The notes under the pieces were generated by a model. That model was not told where the DNA came from. It saw only the letters and a program-made list of their open reading frames with translations, and did not search any database. The position numbers and the translations under genes were made by a program. Shown here in pieces: positions 1 through 10,206 of a stretch of DNA of 64,000 bases. How positions within the stretch are numbered: position 1 is the first letter of the stretch; every line of letters starts with the position of its first letter. Source of the DNA: a virus; the IMG/VR virus record IMGVR_UViG_3300047496_000172, positions 1 to 64,000 of that record; one strand, written 5' to 3'.

Positions 1-1092
1 GGTGATTGGTGGGTATTGAACCCTCAACGAGGCCGCTCAAATAATTCGGCGGTTGTGGTTCGGCATAGGGTTGATGAAGAAGTATTTTTTGATTTATGGA
101 AAAAAATAGAATTATCCGGTTCAGGAGAACCAGGATTCTTTTTCACAAACGATGCCGATTGGGGATTGAATCCTTGTGCTGAAATTAGCTTACGAGCTTT
201 TCAATTTTGTAATCTCTGCACAATTCATGCAGGAAATATTGAAAGCCAAGAAGATTTTAACGCTCGTGCGAAAGCGGCAGCTTTTATAGGAACACTACAA
301 GCTTCATACACAAATTTTCATTATCTTCGTGATATATGGAAAAAGACAACCGAAAAGGAAGCTTTGATCGGAATTTCTATGACTGGAGTAGCTTCTGGCG
401 GCGTATTAGAATTAGATATTAAAGAAGCTGCCAAAATTGTCAAAGATGAAAATCAAAGAGTGGCAAATATTATTGGTATAAAGCCAGCCGCGCGCACTAC
501 AACGGTAAAACCAGAAGGAACTTCTAGTTTAGTTTTAGGAACATCTTCTGGTATACACGCTTGGCACAACGATTATTATGTACGTAGATTAAGAGTTGGA
601 AAAGATGAGCCAATATATACATATCTCATAAATAATCATCCTGAAATTATTGAAGACGAATATTTTAAACCTCATCAGCAAGCGGTTATTTCTATTCCAC
701 AAAAAGCTCCAAATGGTGCTATTACAAGACAAGAGACAGCACTTGATCTTTTGAAAAGAGTAATAACCATCAATAAAAATTGGATTGTACCGGGTCACCG
801 TAAAGGGGTTAATAAAAATAATGTATCTACAACCGTAACGATTAAGCCAAACGAATGGGATAGTGTAGGAGAATGGATGTGGGCAAATCGAGATAATTTT
901 ACCGCTCTTTCTGTTTTACCATACTCAGATCATAGTTATATCCAAGCACCGTTTGAAGATATATCAGAAATCGATTATAATAATGCCGTAAAAAGTTTAC
1001 ATTCTATAAACTTGGACAATATAATTGAAGTCGATGATAATACCGTATTAGCAGATAATTTAGCCTGCTCAAATGGGGGATGCGAGCTTTAA
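1..1092 (+). CDS. nrdJ: Class II (B12-dependent) ribonucleotide reductase, 3' part; begins before the window
   Basis: Frame open from base 1. Motifs EPG, NPCAEI, TTVKPEGT and C-terminal redox pair ACSNGGCEL. Confidence 0.9.
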   Translation, partial: GDWWVLNPQRGRSNNSAVVVRHRVDEEVFFDLWKKIELSGSGEPGFFFTNDADWGLNPCAEISLRAFQFCNLCTIHAGNIESQEDFNARAKAAAFIGTLQASYTNFHYLRDIWKKTTEKEALIGISMTGVASGGVLELDIKEAAKIVKDENQRVANIIGIKPAARTTTVKPEGTSSLVLGTSSGIHAWHNDYYVRRLRVGKDEPIYTYLINNHPEIIEDEYFKPHQQAVISIPQKAPNGAITRQETALDLLKRVITINKNWIVPGHRKGVNKNNVSTTVTIKPNEWDSVGEWMWANRDNFTALSVLPYSDHSYIQAPFEDISEIDYNNAVKSLHSINLDNIIEVDDNTVLADNLACSNGGCEL

Positions 1093-1105
1093 TTTTAACA
1101 TCTAA

Positions 1106-1366
1106 TTGAAAGAAAATGAAATGAACGCTGAAATTTATTCAAAAGACAACTGCACTTATTGCACCATGGCCAAGAAACTTTTTGAAAAGGAAAATATTTC
1201 CTACATAGAAGTTAATGCCGTTGAAAACCGGGAATATTTATTCGAAAGAGTTACCAAAGAAACCGGATTTCCACCGAAAACAGTTCCTCAAATATGGATT
1301 GATGACAAATATATTGGAGGATTTTCTCATTTACAAGAATGGATAAAGGCTCCGTGGGAGCGATAG
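1106..1366 (+). CDS. Glutaredoxin (likely start ATG 1121)
   Basis: CTYC, TVPQIWI and YIGGF motifs; next to RNR. Confidence 0.92.
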   Translation: MKENEMNAEIYSKDNCTYCTMAKKLFEKENISYIEVNAVENREYLFERVTKETGFPPKTVPQIWIDDKYIGGFSHLQEWIKAPWER

Positions 1367-1372
1367 ACTCCG

Positions 1373-1663
1373 ATGATTAACAAAAAAATCGAGTTCATCA
1401 TGAATTTGATTACCGAAACTCGGAAAATAAAAACTGATCTTGGAATAGCCAACAAAATAATTCCTGGATTGTATATAACTCCTTCCGAAAAATGGCAATT
1501 AGACATTATAAACGAAATGATGGATCAAATAAAGGCCATGTGTAAAGTTAATGATATTATAATAGTACCTAACCATTTGTGTGTAGACGAAAATTTTATT
1601 AACGACCACATCAATGTATTCATGTCATCATCTTCAGATAAACCATTAATTAAAATATTTTAA
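1373..1663 (+). CDS. Hypothetical protein
   Basis: ORF tightly packed between the two glutaredoxins. Confidence 0.6.
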   Translation: MINKKIEFIMNLITETRKIKTDLGIANKIIPGLYITPSEKWQLDIINEMMDQIKAMCKVNDIIIVPNHLCVDENFINDHINVFMSSSSDKPLIKIF

Positions 1664-1672
1664 GAAAGAAAA

Positions 1673-1945
1673 ATGAACGCTGAAATTTATACGAAATCAA
1701 TTTGTCCATACTGCACCAGAGCTAAAAGAATTTTTGAAAAAGAAAATATTTCCTACACAGAAATTAACGCAGTTGAAAATTTAGAAGAATTAAAAACGAA
1801 GGTGATTGCCGCTATCGGGTCTCCACCTCAAAAAGTTCCTCAAATTTGGATTGATGAAAAATATATTGGGGGTTACGACCAATTGGTGTCATGGGTTGAA
1901 AAAATGAAAACACCGCTGATTGAAAATTCTTTATCGACCATATAA
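1673..1945 (+). CDS. Glutaredoxin, paralog of 1106..1366
   Basis: CPYC, KVPQIWI and YIGGYD motifs; shares the MNAEIY start with the upstream copy. Confidence 0.92.
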   Translation: MNAEIYTKSICPYCTRAKRIFEKENISYTEINAVENLEELKTKVIAAIGSPPQKVPQIWIDEKYIGGYDQLVSWVEKMKTPLIENSLSTI

Positions 1946-2064
1946 ACGTTTCATAAACAGCCAAAAAATATTTTTCGAATCTGGTTGACGAACCCGAAGT
2001 TTTAGGCGTATGTTTATGGCCTGGATCAATTCGATCCAAACTTTAACCAGGATTAACGAAATAC

Positions 2065-2760
2065 ATGTCGATTTTCGATAAGATTCACGACGAACTTTTT
2101 GAAAGTGATCCAAAAACTAAACAAGTAGTCAAGCCGGTAACAGTACCGCCTATCGCTACTTCTCCATCTCCGATCACACCTTATAATTTTGGTACAGATA
2201 CCGCGCCAGTAGTTGGCGGGGCTCCAGCGGCTCCGGTGTATGCTCCTTCTACGGGCGGCACAATTAACCCAGATGCCATGAAGGCCGTTACAGATGGCGT
2301 CTTTGTTCCAATAAACGGGCGGCCTTCACGTTATGTGATTTTCTCAAAGATTTATGAGACGGTTGGTCACAATCCACAAACTGCTCTTATGACCATGCAA
2401 GCTATGGACCCATCCATTACCGCCAAAACAATTTTGGATGATATCAGTTCTCACCTATCTTTGCTTGATCAAGTTACCGCAAGCGCGGAAGCCACATTCA
2501 TTCGTGTGGCTACTGAACGTCTGGGTGGCGCCGATCAAAAGATCAAGGAATTGACTACGCTTAACGAACAAGCGCAAGCAGAAATTGCTCGTCATCAAAA
2601 AGAAACAGGTGAACGCATCGGGCAAATTTCTCAATTACAAAATGAGCGCGCAACAGACGAAGCTCAAATTGGGCAAGCTAAAGCTGCGGCCATTGCTGCT
2701 GAAGGAGTTGTGAAGTCGCAACTTTTGACGGCACAAACAATCCTGTCAACTATTCAATAA
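2065..2760 (+). CDS. Coiled-coil protein, first gene of the ABC/OmpA operon
   Basis: Pro-rich linker followed by an Ala/Gln/Glu heptad-like C-terminus. Confidence 0.65.
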   Translation: MSIFDKIHDELFESDPKTKQVVKPVTVPPIATSPSPITPYNFGTDTAPVVGGAPAAPVYAPSTGGTINPDAMKAVTDGVFVPINGRPSRYVIFSKIYETVGHNPQTALMTMQAMDPSITAKTILDDISSHLSLLDQVTASAEATFIRVATERLGGADQKIKELTTLNEQAQAEIARHQKETGERIGQISQLQNERATDEAQIGQAKAAAIAAEGVVKSQLLTAQTILSTIQ

Positions 2761-2772
2761 GGAACTCATTTA

Positions 2773-3768
2773 ATGAGCAATGAAGTTACCGAGTGGCATC
2801 CGCCACAGGAAAAGATTATCCATGGCGTTGTTCAATGGAGCCTGATTGGCGTCGGCATTGTTGCGGCTGCATTCGCAGTTAAGACGTTTGTTCCAACTAT
2901 TCGTGATGCAGTAGCTCTTCTTACCGATCTTTTAACCAATTTGTGGCATGGTGGCATCGCCATAATGGCATGTTTGACTTTGTATATCATCTATGTACAA
3001 GTTTTCACTAAAAAGGGAAAAATCAACGCTCTGTTCGCGCAAGCATATTCAAGTGCTATTCATCAACTGACACTTGAACTCCTGAACGTTGATCCCATGT
3101 CACCTCTGAAAGATAATTTGGTTGCTGTTCAATTAAAGAAGGCAAATTTTGATGAACAATTTGCCAAATTTGATGGTCAAATTTCTGCATTTAAGATGCA
3201 AGAAGATGATTTGCGAGCACAATCAGATAAAGCCGAAAAGATGGCAAAGGCTGCGCATGGCCAAGGCAATGATATAAAAATGAACCAACTTCTTTATCAA
3301 GCTGGCAGCACTAAAAGTGCCGCCGATGATATCGAGAAAATGCGTATGCGTTTGGTTCCTGTGCGCGCCATCATTGTTCGGCTTCAAAGTGAAGCGGCAG
3401 ATATTATCTGGAAACTTGGAATTGACATCCAAACTACCGAAAAAAAGTGGAATGCTGCTAATGCTTTGACTGGTCTCGAAAAGTCGGCTCGTAGTATTAT
3501 GTCTTCCTCTGACAAGAGTGGATTGGCTGCTGAAGCGCAGAATATTATCAATACCAAGTATTCTGTTGCCATTGGTCGCCTAGCAAATCTGGAAACTACC
3601 GCTATGCCACTGTTGGATTCTGCCGATCTTGAAAAGGCCACTTATAGCCAAGAATATCTCGACAAATGGAATGCTGAAGCCGCGCCTATGATCACGGCCC
3701 AAGTTATTCCAATGTCGCAAACCCTTCCTGCTCCGTCTTCTTTTGATGCTCTATTGACAAAGAGATAA
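2773..3768 (+). CDS. Membrane-anchored coiled-coil protein (PspA/IM30-like)
   Basis: Two N-terminal hydrophobic helices, then DP followed by a long coiled coil; SD AAGGA. Confidence 0.6.
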   Translation: MSNEVTEWHPPQEKIIHGVVQWSLIGVGIVAAAFAVKTFVPTIRDAVALLTDLLTNLWHGGIAIMACLTLYIIYVQVFTKKGKINALFAQAYSSAIHQLTLELLNVDPMSPLKDNLVAVQLKKANFDEQFAKFDGQISAFKMQEDDLRAQSDKAEKMAKAAHGQGNDIKMNQLLYQAGSTKSAADDIEKMRMRLVPVRAIIVRLQSEAADIIWKLGIDIQTTEKKWNAANALTGLEKSARSIMSSSDKSGLAAEAQNIINTKYSVAIGRLANLETTAMPLLDSADLEKATYSQEYLDKWNAEAAPMITAQVIPMSQTLPAPSSFDALLTKR

Positions 3769-3845
3769 AAAACTAGCTTAGCTACGAACTAACGCAAGAA
3801 CCTTTCCACACATTCACACACAAAAACAGGAGATAAAAGGTCATC

Positions 3846-5627
3846 ATGGCCGGATTAAAGACTCGATATAAGGTTGCTTTAGGTGCTGTCGGCTTGGGAG
3901 TTTCCCTTTTTGCAGGCCATGCCGCACTAAAAGCAGGCTTTCTTCCCTCAGTAGCCAAAATGGTTGCTGTTGTACCCGACAAGGTGAATATCGCTACCCT
4001 TGGTGGCAATATTCAAAAGCAGCCATCTCAAAACTATGAGCTTCCTGCGGCGCCGGAAGCGGGGGCTCCAACTCGAACCCTTCTGGTTATTCCGTGGCAA
4101 GCGGACGGTTCGATTATTCTTGCGAACAATGGTGTCGGCAACGATTGCAGCGGTTCTCTGATGCAAAAGTTTGCAGGCGCCTGTCTAGTCATCGGTCGCC
4201 AAGATGACTACGGAAAGATGGCTGACGCTATCTTGAAGTTTGCTACCGATTTTTCCTCTGGAAATCCTAATCCTGGTGGTGCTGCCTACATCTCGATCAT
4301 GGGCGGCGGCGAAGCGGCTTGGCTTGCGGGGCTCAAGCCTCAAATGGACAAGCTCGGCCTGCACCTGAAGGTGTTCGGTGTTACTGGCTTCTCCTATGGG
4401 GAAGACAAGTGCATGGGGCCTGATTTGGGTGGCGATCCGAACAAGGCCAAGGGTGCTCTGATTGCGGCCAGCCCGCGAGACGGAGATTGGGACGTTTGCT
4501 TGAAGTGGGCGTCAGATAATAATATTCCGGTAAACTCTGACAGCACAATTTATGATCCCGGCGCGATTAATTTCGTGGATACAGACGGCTTCCAAACGGC
4601 GGATGACAAGTTCATTACCGGCGCCTGCGAAGATCGGGACGAAGCTAAGGGCGGCGTAAAGACCGGCAAGCGCGTGCATGTCTGCGTCAACGGTGTTGCA
4701 ACGTGGACACCCGGTGACGTGACGGTCATGCAAAAGAAGGGTGGTATTGTGACTTGGGCTTCAACGAAGCTCTATGATCAGCAAATGCCAGCCGTTCTCA
4801 TCGGTATCAAGGAAGAAATGGATAAGCATCCTGCCTTTGTGACGGGTATGCTCCGTGCGACTGACCGTGCGTCATTCCAAATTCGGACTACTCCGGATGG
4901 CGTTCACCGTATGGCCGTGGCGGAAGCCAAGGTCTTTGGGACTGCCGGTGGTGACGAAGCTGATCCCGCGTATTGGGAAAAGTATTTCGTCGGATATGAT
5001 TCGCCCGATGGCAAGGTTCGTCTCGGTGGTTCGCGTGTTTCGACCTTGGCCGAAGTTCGAGATTTCATGGGAATGACTCCTGGCACCTTCAATATCTACA
5101 AGGGCGTGTATGAAGTCTTTGGCGGCTACGATGTGAAGTATTATCCTACGACGGTTCCTTCGGTTCCGAAGTTCGAAGATATTATGGACACCAGCTATAT
5201 TTCGGCGGCTCTTGCTGGCGTGAATATGTCTGCGCCGACGACTACGGATTTTGCCACGGCAAAGACCATCACGTCTCCGGTCTCTACCAAGGCGGTTCAC
5301 ATCGAATTCGATACTGGTAAGGCGACTATTCGGCCTTCGTCGCGGCCCCAACTGCTTGATATTGCCAACATGGCGGCGCAAACCAATCTGATCATTCGAA
5401 TCAGCGGTTTCACTGACAATACGGGCGATCCCGATGCGAACGTAGCTCTGTCTCGGGCTCGCGCTAAGGCCGTTGCTGATGCTCTGACGAAGATGGGTGC
5501 GCTCACCTTCGGCGGGAACCGGATCGAACCGCCGCGTGGTTACGGTGCGGATCAACCGGTAGCCGATAACTCGACCCCGGAAGGCCGCGCTGCTAACCGG
5601 CGTGTGGAAATCGTCCTCGGTCAATAA
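3846..5627 (+). CDS. ABC substrate-binding protein fused to an OmpA-like peptidoglycan-binding domain
   Basis: N-terminal signal/TM, periplasmic-binding core, and OmpA motifs FDTGKA, GFTDNTG, LSRARAKAV, GYG, NRRVEI. Confidence 0.85.
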   Translation: MAGLKTRYKVALGAVGLGVSLFAGHAALKAGFLPSVAKMVAVVPDKVNIATLGGNIQKQPSQNYELPAAPEAGAPTRTLLVIPWQADGSIILANNGVGNDCSGSLMQKFAGACLVIGRQDDYGKMADAILKFATDFSSGNPNPGGAAYISIMGGGEAAWLAGLKPQMDKLGLHLKVFGVTGFSYGEDKCMGPDLGGDPNKAKGALIAASPRDGDWDVCLKWASDNNIPVNSDSTIYDPGAINFVDTDGFQTADDKFITGACEDRDEAKGGVKTGKRVHVCVNGVATWTPGDVTVMQKKGGIVTWASTKLYDQQMPAVLIGIKEEMDKHPAFVTGMLRATDRASFQIRTTPDGVHRMAVAEAKVFGTAGGDEADPAYWEKYFVGYDSPDGKVRLGGSRVSTLAEVRDFMGMTPGTFNIYKGVYEVFGGYDVKYYPTTVPSVPKFEDIMDTSYISAALAGVNMSAPTTTDFATAKTITSPVSTKAVHIEFDTGKATIRPSSRPQLLDIANMAAQTNLIIRISGFTDNTGDPDANVALSRARAKAVADALTKMGALTFGGNRIEPPRGYGADQPVADNSTPEGRAANRRVEIVLGQ

Positions 5628-5634
5628 TGGAATA

Positions 5635-5667
5635 GGGAGGCGTCGAAACGCCTCCCGACTTCTTTTG
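5635..5667 (+). terminator. Intra-operon hairpin or terminator after the SBP-OmpA gene
   Basis: GGGAGGCGT-CGAA-ACGCCTCCC followed by a T-rich tail. Confidence 0.7.
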
Positions 5668-5675
5668 TAAAAATA

Positions 5676-6521
5676 ATGAACCTACAAATTGTCCACAATC
5701 CGACTGAAACATCCAAGAATCTTTTCGGAAAACTTTTCGAGCCGCGAGCCAAAGTTTCGGCAATTACTAATTGGACACTATTTGTTGGGTGGCTTTTGTT
5801 CACCATTTTTTGTTGGCAAATTGTTATTCCACATATGTCTAAACTGGTTCCGATGCCTTCTGAAGTCATGCATTCATTTGCGACACTTTGGAAGCAAGGT
5901 CTGATTGTCAATCTTTCCAGCGGTAACGGTGGAAATATGGTGGCCAGCATTATTACCAGCCTGAGTGCGATTTTTATCGCAATGATCCTGGGTCTCAGCC
6001 TGTCTTATCTTTCAACAATTTCATTTTTTTCCGCACCTGTCAGAGCCATTGGGAGTGGTCGTGTTCTCAGTTTAACGGGTATGACCTTCATTTTCGTTTT
6101 GGCCACGCCTAACGGTTTTTGGTTGAAAGTCGCAACCTTGACGTTCTCAATTGTTGTCTTTTTGATTAACAGTATGCTTCAAGTTATTGATGATATCCCA
6201 GAATCTAAGTTTGATCATGCTCGCACATTAGGTCTTTCAAAAATTCAAGTGTTGTATGAGGTTGTCATTCGTGGAACATTGGCTTCAGCATTTGATATTA
6301 TTCGAATGAATGCCGCCATGGCTTATATGATGTTGGCGGCGGTCGAAGCTAATTCTCGTTCAGATGGTGGTATTGGTATTGTGTTAATCGAACTGGCTAG
6401 ACAATCAAATTATGCCGGTATCTTCGCCGTCCAATTGATGATATTTGTTGTCGGTATGGGTCAAGATCAACTTATTCAGTTCGTAAAAAATACAGTGTGC
6501 CCATACACCAAAACGAAATAA
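5676..6521 (+). CDS. ABC transporter permease (NitT/TauT-like)
   Basis: Multiple TM helices and an EAA-loop-like DHARTLGLS...EVVI. Confidence 0.85.
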   Translation: MNLQIVHNPTETSKNLFGKLFEPRAKVSAITNWTLFVGWLLFTIFCWQIVIPHMSKLVPMPSEVMHSFATLWKQGLIVNLSSGNGGNMVASIITSLSAIFIAMILGLSLSYLSTISFFSAPVRAIGSGRVLSLTGMTFIFVLATPNGFWLKVATLTFSIVVFLINSMLQVIDDIPESKFDHARTLGLSKIQVLYEVVIRGTLASAFDIIRMNAAMAYMMLAAVEANSRSDGGIGIVLIELARQSNYAGIFAVQLMIFVVGMGQDQLIQFVKNTVCPYTKTK

Positions 6522-6532
6522 GGAGAATTTAA

Positions 6533-8395
6533 ATGGAAACCGGATATGAATATTCTTTCGGCAAGTCTCTCCTTGATGTTAAGGGCCTCTCTGTAAAATT
6601 TAAAAATAAAAATGGCGACGAAACTGTCGTTCTCCGAGACGTAAATTTCGATATAAAAAATATTACACGTCCTGGTAGAAAGCAAGGTCAAGTTGATGCT
6701 CTTCTGGCGCCCAGTGGTTGTGGAAAATGTTTTGCCAAAGGCACTATGATATTGATGCATGATGGTTCAATCAAACCAGTTGAAAATGTATCTGTTGGTG
6801 ATAAAGTTATGGGACCTGATAGCAAAGCAAGAAATGTTACAAGTCTTGGTAATGGTTTTGAGAAAATGTATAAAATCAAACCCGTAAAAGGAGAATCATT
6901 TACTGTAAATGGTTCTCATATATTACATTTATCATATAATTCAGATCATAATAAAATGAGAAATAATGAAACAGTAGATATATCAGTAAATGATTATTTG
7001 TTAAAATCAAATAATTTTAAAAATCTGACAAAATTAAAAAGAACAGGAGTCGATTTTCCAAGCCAAAAAGTAGAGCTTTCGGCATATATGCTTGGCCTTT
7101 GGTTAGCTGATGGAAATTCAGATTGTTTTAGGATAACGAATGAAGACGCTGAAATAGTTGACCATATTATCGAATTTGCCAATATATATGATCTTAAAGT
7201 TAGTCCATATGTGCCTAATATCTATGGACTAACTGCTGGACATGATAGGACAAAATCACCAACCTCATTTTTACATAGATTGAACTTATTGAATAACAAA
7301 CATATACCATCTTGCTATCTAATAAATGATAGAAATACCAGATTAGAGCTTTTAGCTGGTTTGCTAGATGGTGATGGACATTTACATGGAAATTGTTTTG
7401 AAATAATTACCAAATTTTCAGAATTAGCGAAAAATATTTTGTTTCTCTCGCGTTCTTTGGGTTTAGCTGCATATAGCAAGCCTTGCGTAAAAACCATGAA
7501 AAGAAAAGATGGTAGTGTGTTTTCCGGCAATTATTTTCGAATCGGTATTTCAGGAAATACTGATGAAATTCCGGTTAAAATAAATGCAAAACGAGCAAAA
7601 CCTAGGAAACAAATTAAAAATGTGCTTAGAGTAGGATTTGAAATTATACCCGAAGGAATAGGTGAATATTTTGGTTTTACTATTGATGAAGACCATTTAT
7701 TTCTTTTAGCAGATTTTACAATAACTCATAACACAACCCTCTTCCGCGCCATTTCTGGCCTAGACAAAATACAAACAGGTTCCGTTGATATATGCATAAA
7801 TGGTGATGATACGATGGTTCCTGTGCATGTTGGTCTTGTTGGTGTTGTGGCACAAGATTATCCATTATTCAATCATATGACGGTTATGGGAAATCTTTTA
7901 AAGGCGGCCACAATCAAAAATAAAAATAAAGACTCTGCTAAAGAAATTGTAATGAAATATTTGGAACTTTTCCAGTTGGTTGATAAAATCAACCATTATC
8001 CTCATCAACTGTCGGGTGGTCAGCGTCAAAGGGTGGCCATTATTCAACAAATGGTTTGCGATAATCATCTTTTGCTGATGGATGAACCGTTTTCAGGTTT
8101 GGATATTCTCATGAAAGAAGAAGTTCAACACATGATTTGCGGTGTGGCTTCGCAAAATGATTTGAACTCTGTCATCATCACAACGCACGATATTCAAAGT
8201 GCTATTGCTGTAGCCGATACGATCCTGCTTCTTGGACATGAGCGGGATGCTGCCGGGAATGTTGTGCCTGGGGCCTTTGTCAAGTATACTTACAACTTGA
8301 TTGATATGGGTCTTAGCTGGCGTCCGGACGTTGCCGAATTACCCGCTTTTACCGCTTTAGAAAAAGAAATCAAAGCTAGATTCAAAGAGCTTTGA
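6533..8395 (+). CDS. ABC transporter ATP-binding protein interrupted by an intein
   Basis: Walker A APSGCGK|TT split by the intein; signature LSGGQRQR, Walker B LLMDEPFSGLD, H-loop TTHD. Confidence 0.92.
   Translation: METGYEYSFGKSLLDVKGLSVKFKNKNGDETVVLRDVNFDIKNITRPGRKQGQVDALLAPSGCGKCFAKGTMILMHDGSIKPVENVSVGDKVMGPDSKARNVTSLGNGFEKMYKIKPVKGESFTVNGSHILHLSYNSDHNKMRNNETVDISVNDYLLKSNNFKNLTKLKRTGVDFPSQKVELSAYMLGLWLADGNSDCFRITNEDAEIVDHIIEFANIYDLKVSPYVPNIYGLTAGHDRTKSPTSFLHRLNLLNNKHIPSCYLINDRNTRLELLAGLLDGDGHLHGNCFEIITKFSELAKNILFLSRSLGLAAYSKPCVKTMKRKDGSVFSGNYFRIGISGNTDEIPVKINAKRAKPRKQIKNVLRVGFEIIPEGIGEYFGFTIDEDHLFLLADFTITHNTTLFRAISGLDKIQTGSVDICINGDDTMVPVHVGLVGVVAQDYPLFNHMTVMGNLLKAATIKNKNKDSAKEIVMKYLELFQLVDKINHYPHQLSGGQRQRVAIIQQMVCDNHLLLMDEPFSGLDILMKEEVQHMICGVASQNDLNSVIITTHDIQSAIAVADTILLLGHERDAAGNVVPGAFVKYTYNLIDMGLSWRPDVAELPAFTALEKEIKARFKEL
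6728..7732 (+). mobile_element. Intein (335 aa) with LAGLIDADG homing endonuclease
   Basis: Starts CFAKGT and ends ITHN followed by Thr. Internal LGLWLADG and LAGLLDGDG blocks; lower GC than the exteins. Confidence 0.93.
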
Positions 8396-8685
8396 TTATT
8401 TAATTTTTAAATCACAAACGGAGAATTGACATGACTTTTTCGGAAAACTAAACTTAGCTCACCAATATCGTCGTCTTAGCATGAGGGATGGTTGGAAATA
8501 TACCCAACAAAGTCCAGATTGCTGGGTAAAAACTGAAGAAAGATGCCCTGATCCAGTAGATGCCGGATACTGGATTTTGGCTGCATGGGACGTTCTGGTT
8601 TCGACTTGGCTTTGAGTTCATTCATAATCCTTGACTTAATTTTGTTTTTCTGTATTCTCAATCAACCTCAAACTAGGAGAATGTT

Positions 8686-9048
8686 GTGAAAACTTTCTAC
8701 ACTTCGAACTATGATCGTAACGGTAAGAATGAAGCTGCCGTGGCGATTAGTGTTCCCTCGCTTGTTCCGGCTGATTATACCGGCATTCGCGATGCTAATC
8801 TGGCGCCGTCTCAAGAACTTTTAGACGAATATCATGATAAACATATCGACCATGACACCTACACCGCGCATTATACCGCGCTTCTGGATAGTCGTGGTAT
8901 CACTCCTCAATCTATCGTTTGTCAATTCAATGAAGGAACTGTTTTCATTTGTTTTGACTATGAAGACGGTGATGAAAGCATTTGCCATCGCTTTATTTTG
9001 GCCGATTGGTTGAATGCTTCGGGTTTGGCTTCCGTCAAAGAAGTCTGA
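8686..9048 (+). CDS. DUF488-like protein
   Basis: FYTS..., LAPS.EL and CF.....CHR..LA.WL pattern. Confidence 0.65.
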   Translation: MKTFYTSNYDRNGKNEAAVAISVPSLVPADYTGIRDANLAPSQELLDEYHDKHIDHDTYTAHYTALLDSRGITPQSIVCQFNEGTVFICFDYEDGDESICHRFILADWLNASGLASVKEV

Positions 9049-9054
9049 CTTAGA

Positions 9055-9378
9055 TTGGGGTTGGACTTTCGTCCAACCCCAATCTCTATAGGTTTTGAAA
9101 TGTCACTAGACGAAACTGTTAAGCGTATTCATTCAATCGCTAACGAAGCGCAACTAGACCTTCAAGCTAGTGCCTATATTCAATTGGCTGACGTATATAA
9201 ATTACTAAATGCAATTACAGATATGCGAGAAACATTGATCGGTGCTGCCGCACAATTCGCAAAGTATGAATCTTATCATCTGGCAAAACCGACTCCCGAT
9301 ATCAAGAAAGTTGAAACTAATACGATCTGGAAAACTGCATGCACTAAAGCTGCCGATCTAGACCCGAAATGTAAATAA
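9055..9378 (+). CDS. Hypothetical protein
   Basis: ORF in a co-oriented run. Confidence 0.5.
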   Translation: MGLDFRPTPISIGFEMSLDETVKRIHSIANEAQLDLQASAYIQLADVYKLLNAITDMRETLIGAAAQFAKYESYHLAKPTPDIKKVETNTIWKTACTKAADLDPKCK

Positions 9379-9663
9379 ATATGTTTAAAAGACTTTCTTG
9401 CTTTAAACAAGCAGTATCCGGATTTGCTTCTTGCCGGTATTATGATGAACTATTAGAAATACAATTAGGCGAAAGTCGTCAAAAAAAACGAATCTGGTGA
9501 ATGGAAACCGAATTGGGTAGTATCTATTACTGATCAAGATGATTGGATTATGAACAAAGGTCATTCTGATTATAATGAGGCGTTAGAGCTTTTTATCATT
9601 ATCTGCCAAATGGAAAAAATCGACATAGATGACTGTTTAAATCTTGGCTTGGAATTTTGAAAC

Positions 9664-10206
9664 GTGAACGAAGCCGATAAAATCTTTACAAATAATTGGT
9701 GGTCTGCTCTCCTAAAAGATGAAGAGCGGCTTCAAAAATGGCTGATCAAACTCGAAACCACTGAACGCCAAGGTTTTGATGACAATATTGATGCTATTGA
9801 AAATTACGCTCAAGACAATCTTCCCGCTAAAACAATTCTCCACGCGACTGCGAACTGTTAAAATTTTTGCAAGCATGTCTGCGTGACGAAGTTCGTCCCA
9901 GGCGATCCATCTTGGAAAGAACAGCCCGCTCCAATTCCTTCTAATTATTGGGAGGAAATGTATAAAGGAATTGTAGACCTATCCTCTTGTGCAGCGGCTT
10001 TTGCGTTGGGAGAAGGTCTCGCCGCTGAACGTTTTGAAGTCCTTCAAGCCCATCCAGAAACGCCCTCAGATATTAAATGGTTTTTGGATAACGCTCTTCC
10101 TGATGAACAGCACCATCAAAGAATATTTCTCAAATTGGCTGGTGATGCTATGGATAAAATGCTAATACGGCATCTTTCAGCCGTAGAAAACTTGAAGAAG
10201 AAATGA
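9664..10206 (+). pseudogene. Ferritin-like diiron protein broken by a 54-bp inversion (9850..9903)
   Basis: Two same-frame ORFs separated by TAA at 9859. Reverse-complementing 9850..9903 gives a continuous 180-aa ORF with DELRH; the second ExxH (DEQHH) lies downstream. Confidence 0.85.

Noticed and set aside
4872-5624. Long antisense ORFs (also 39567..39977, 48320..48793, 56984..57505, 60990..61418)
   Set aside because: These are shadows of well-supported genes on the opposite strand, with no motifs or start signals.
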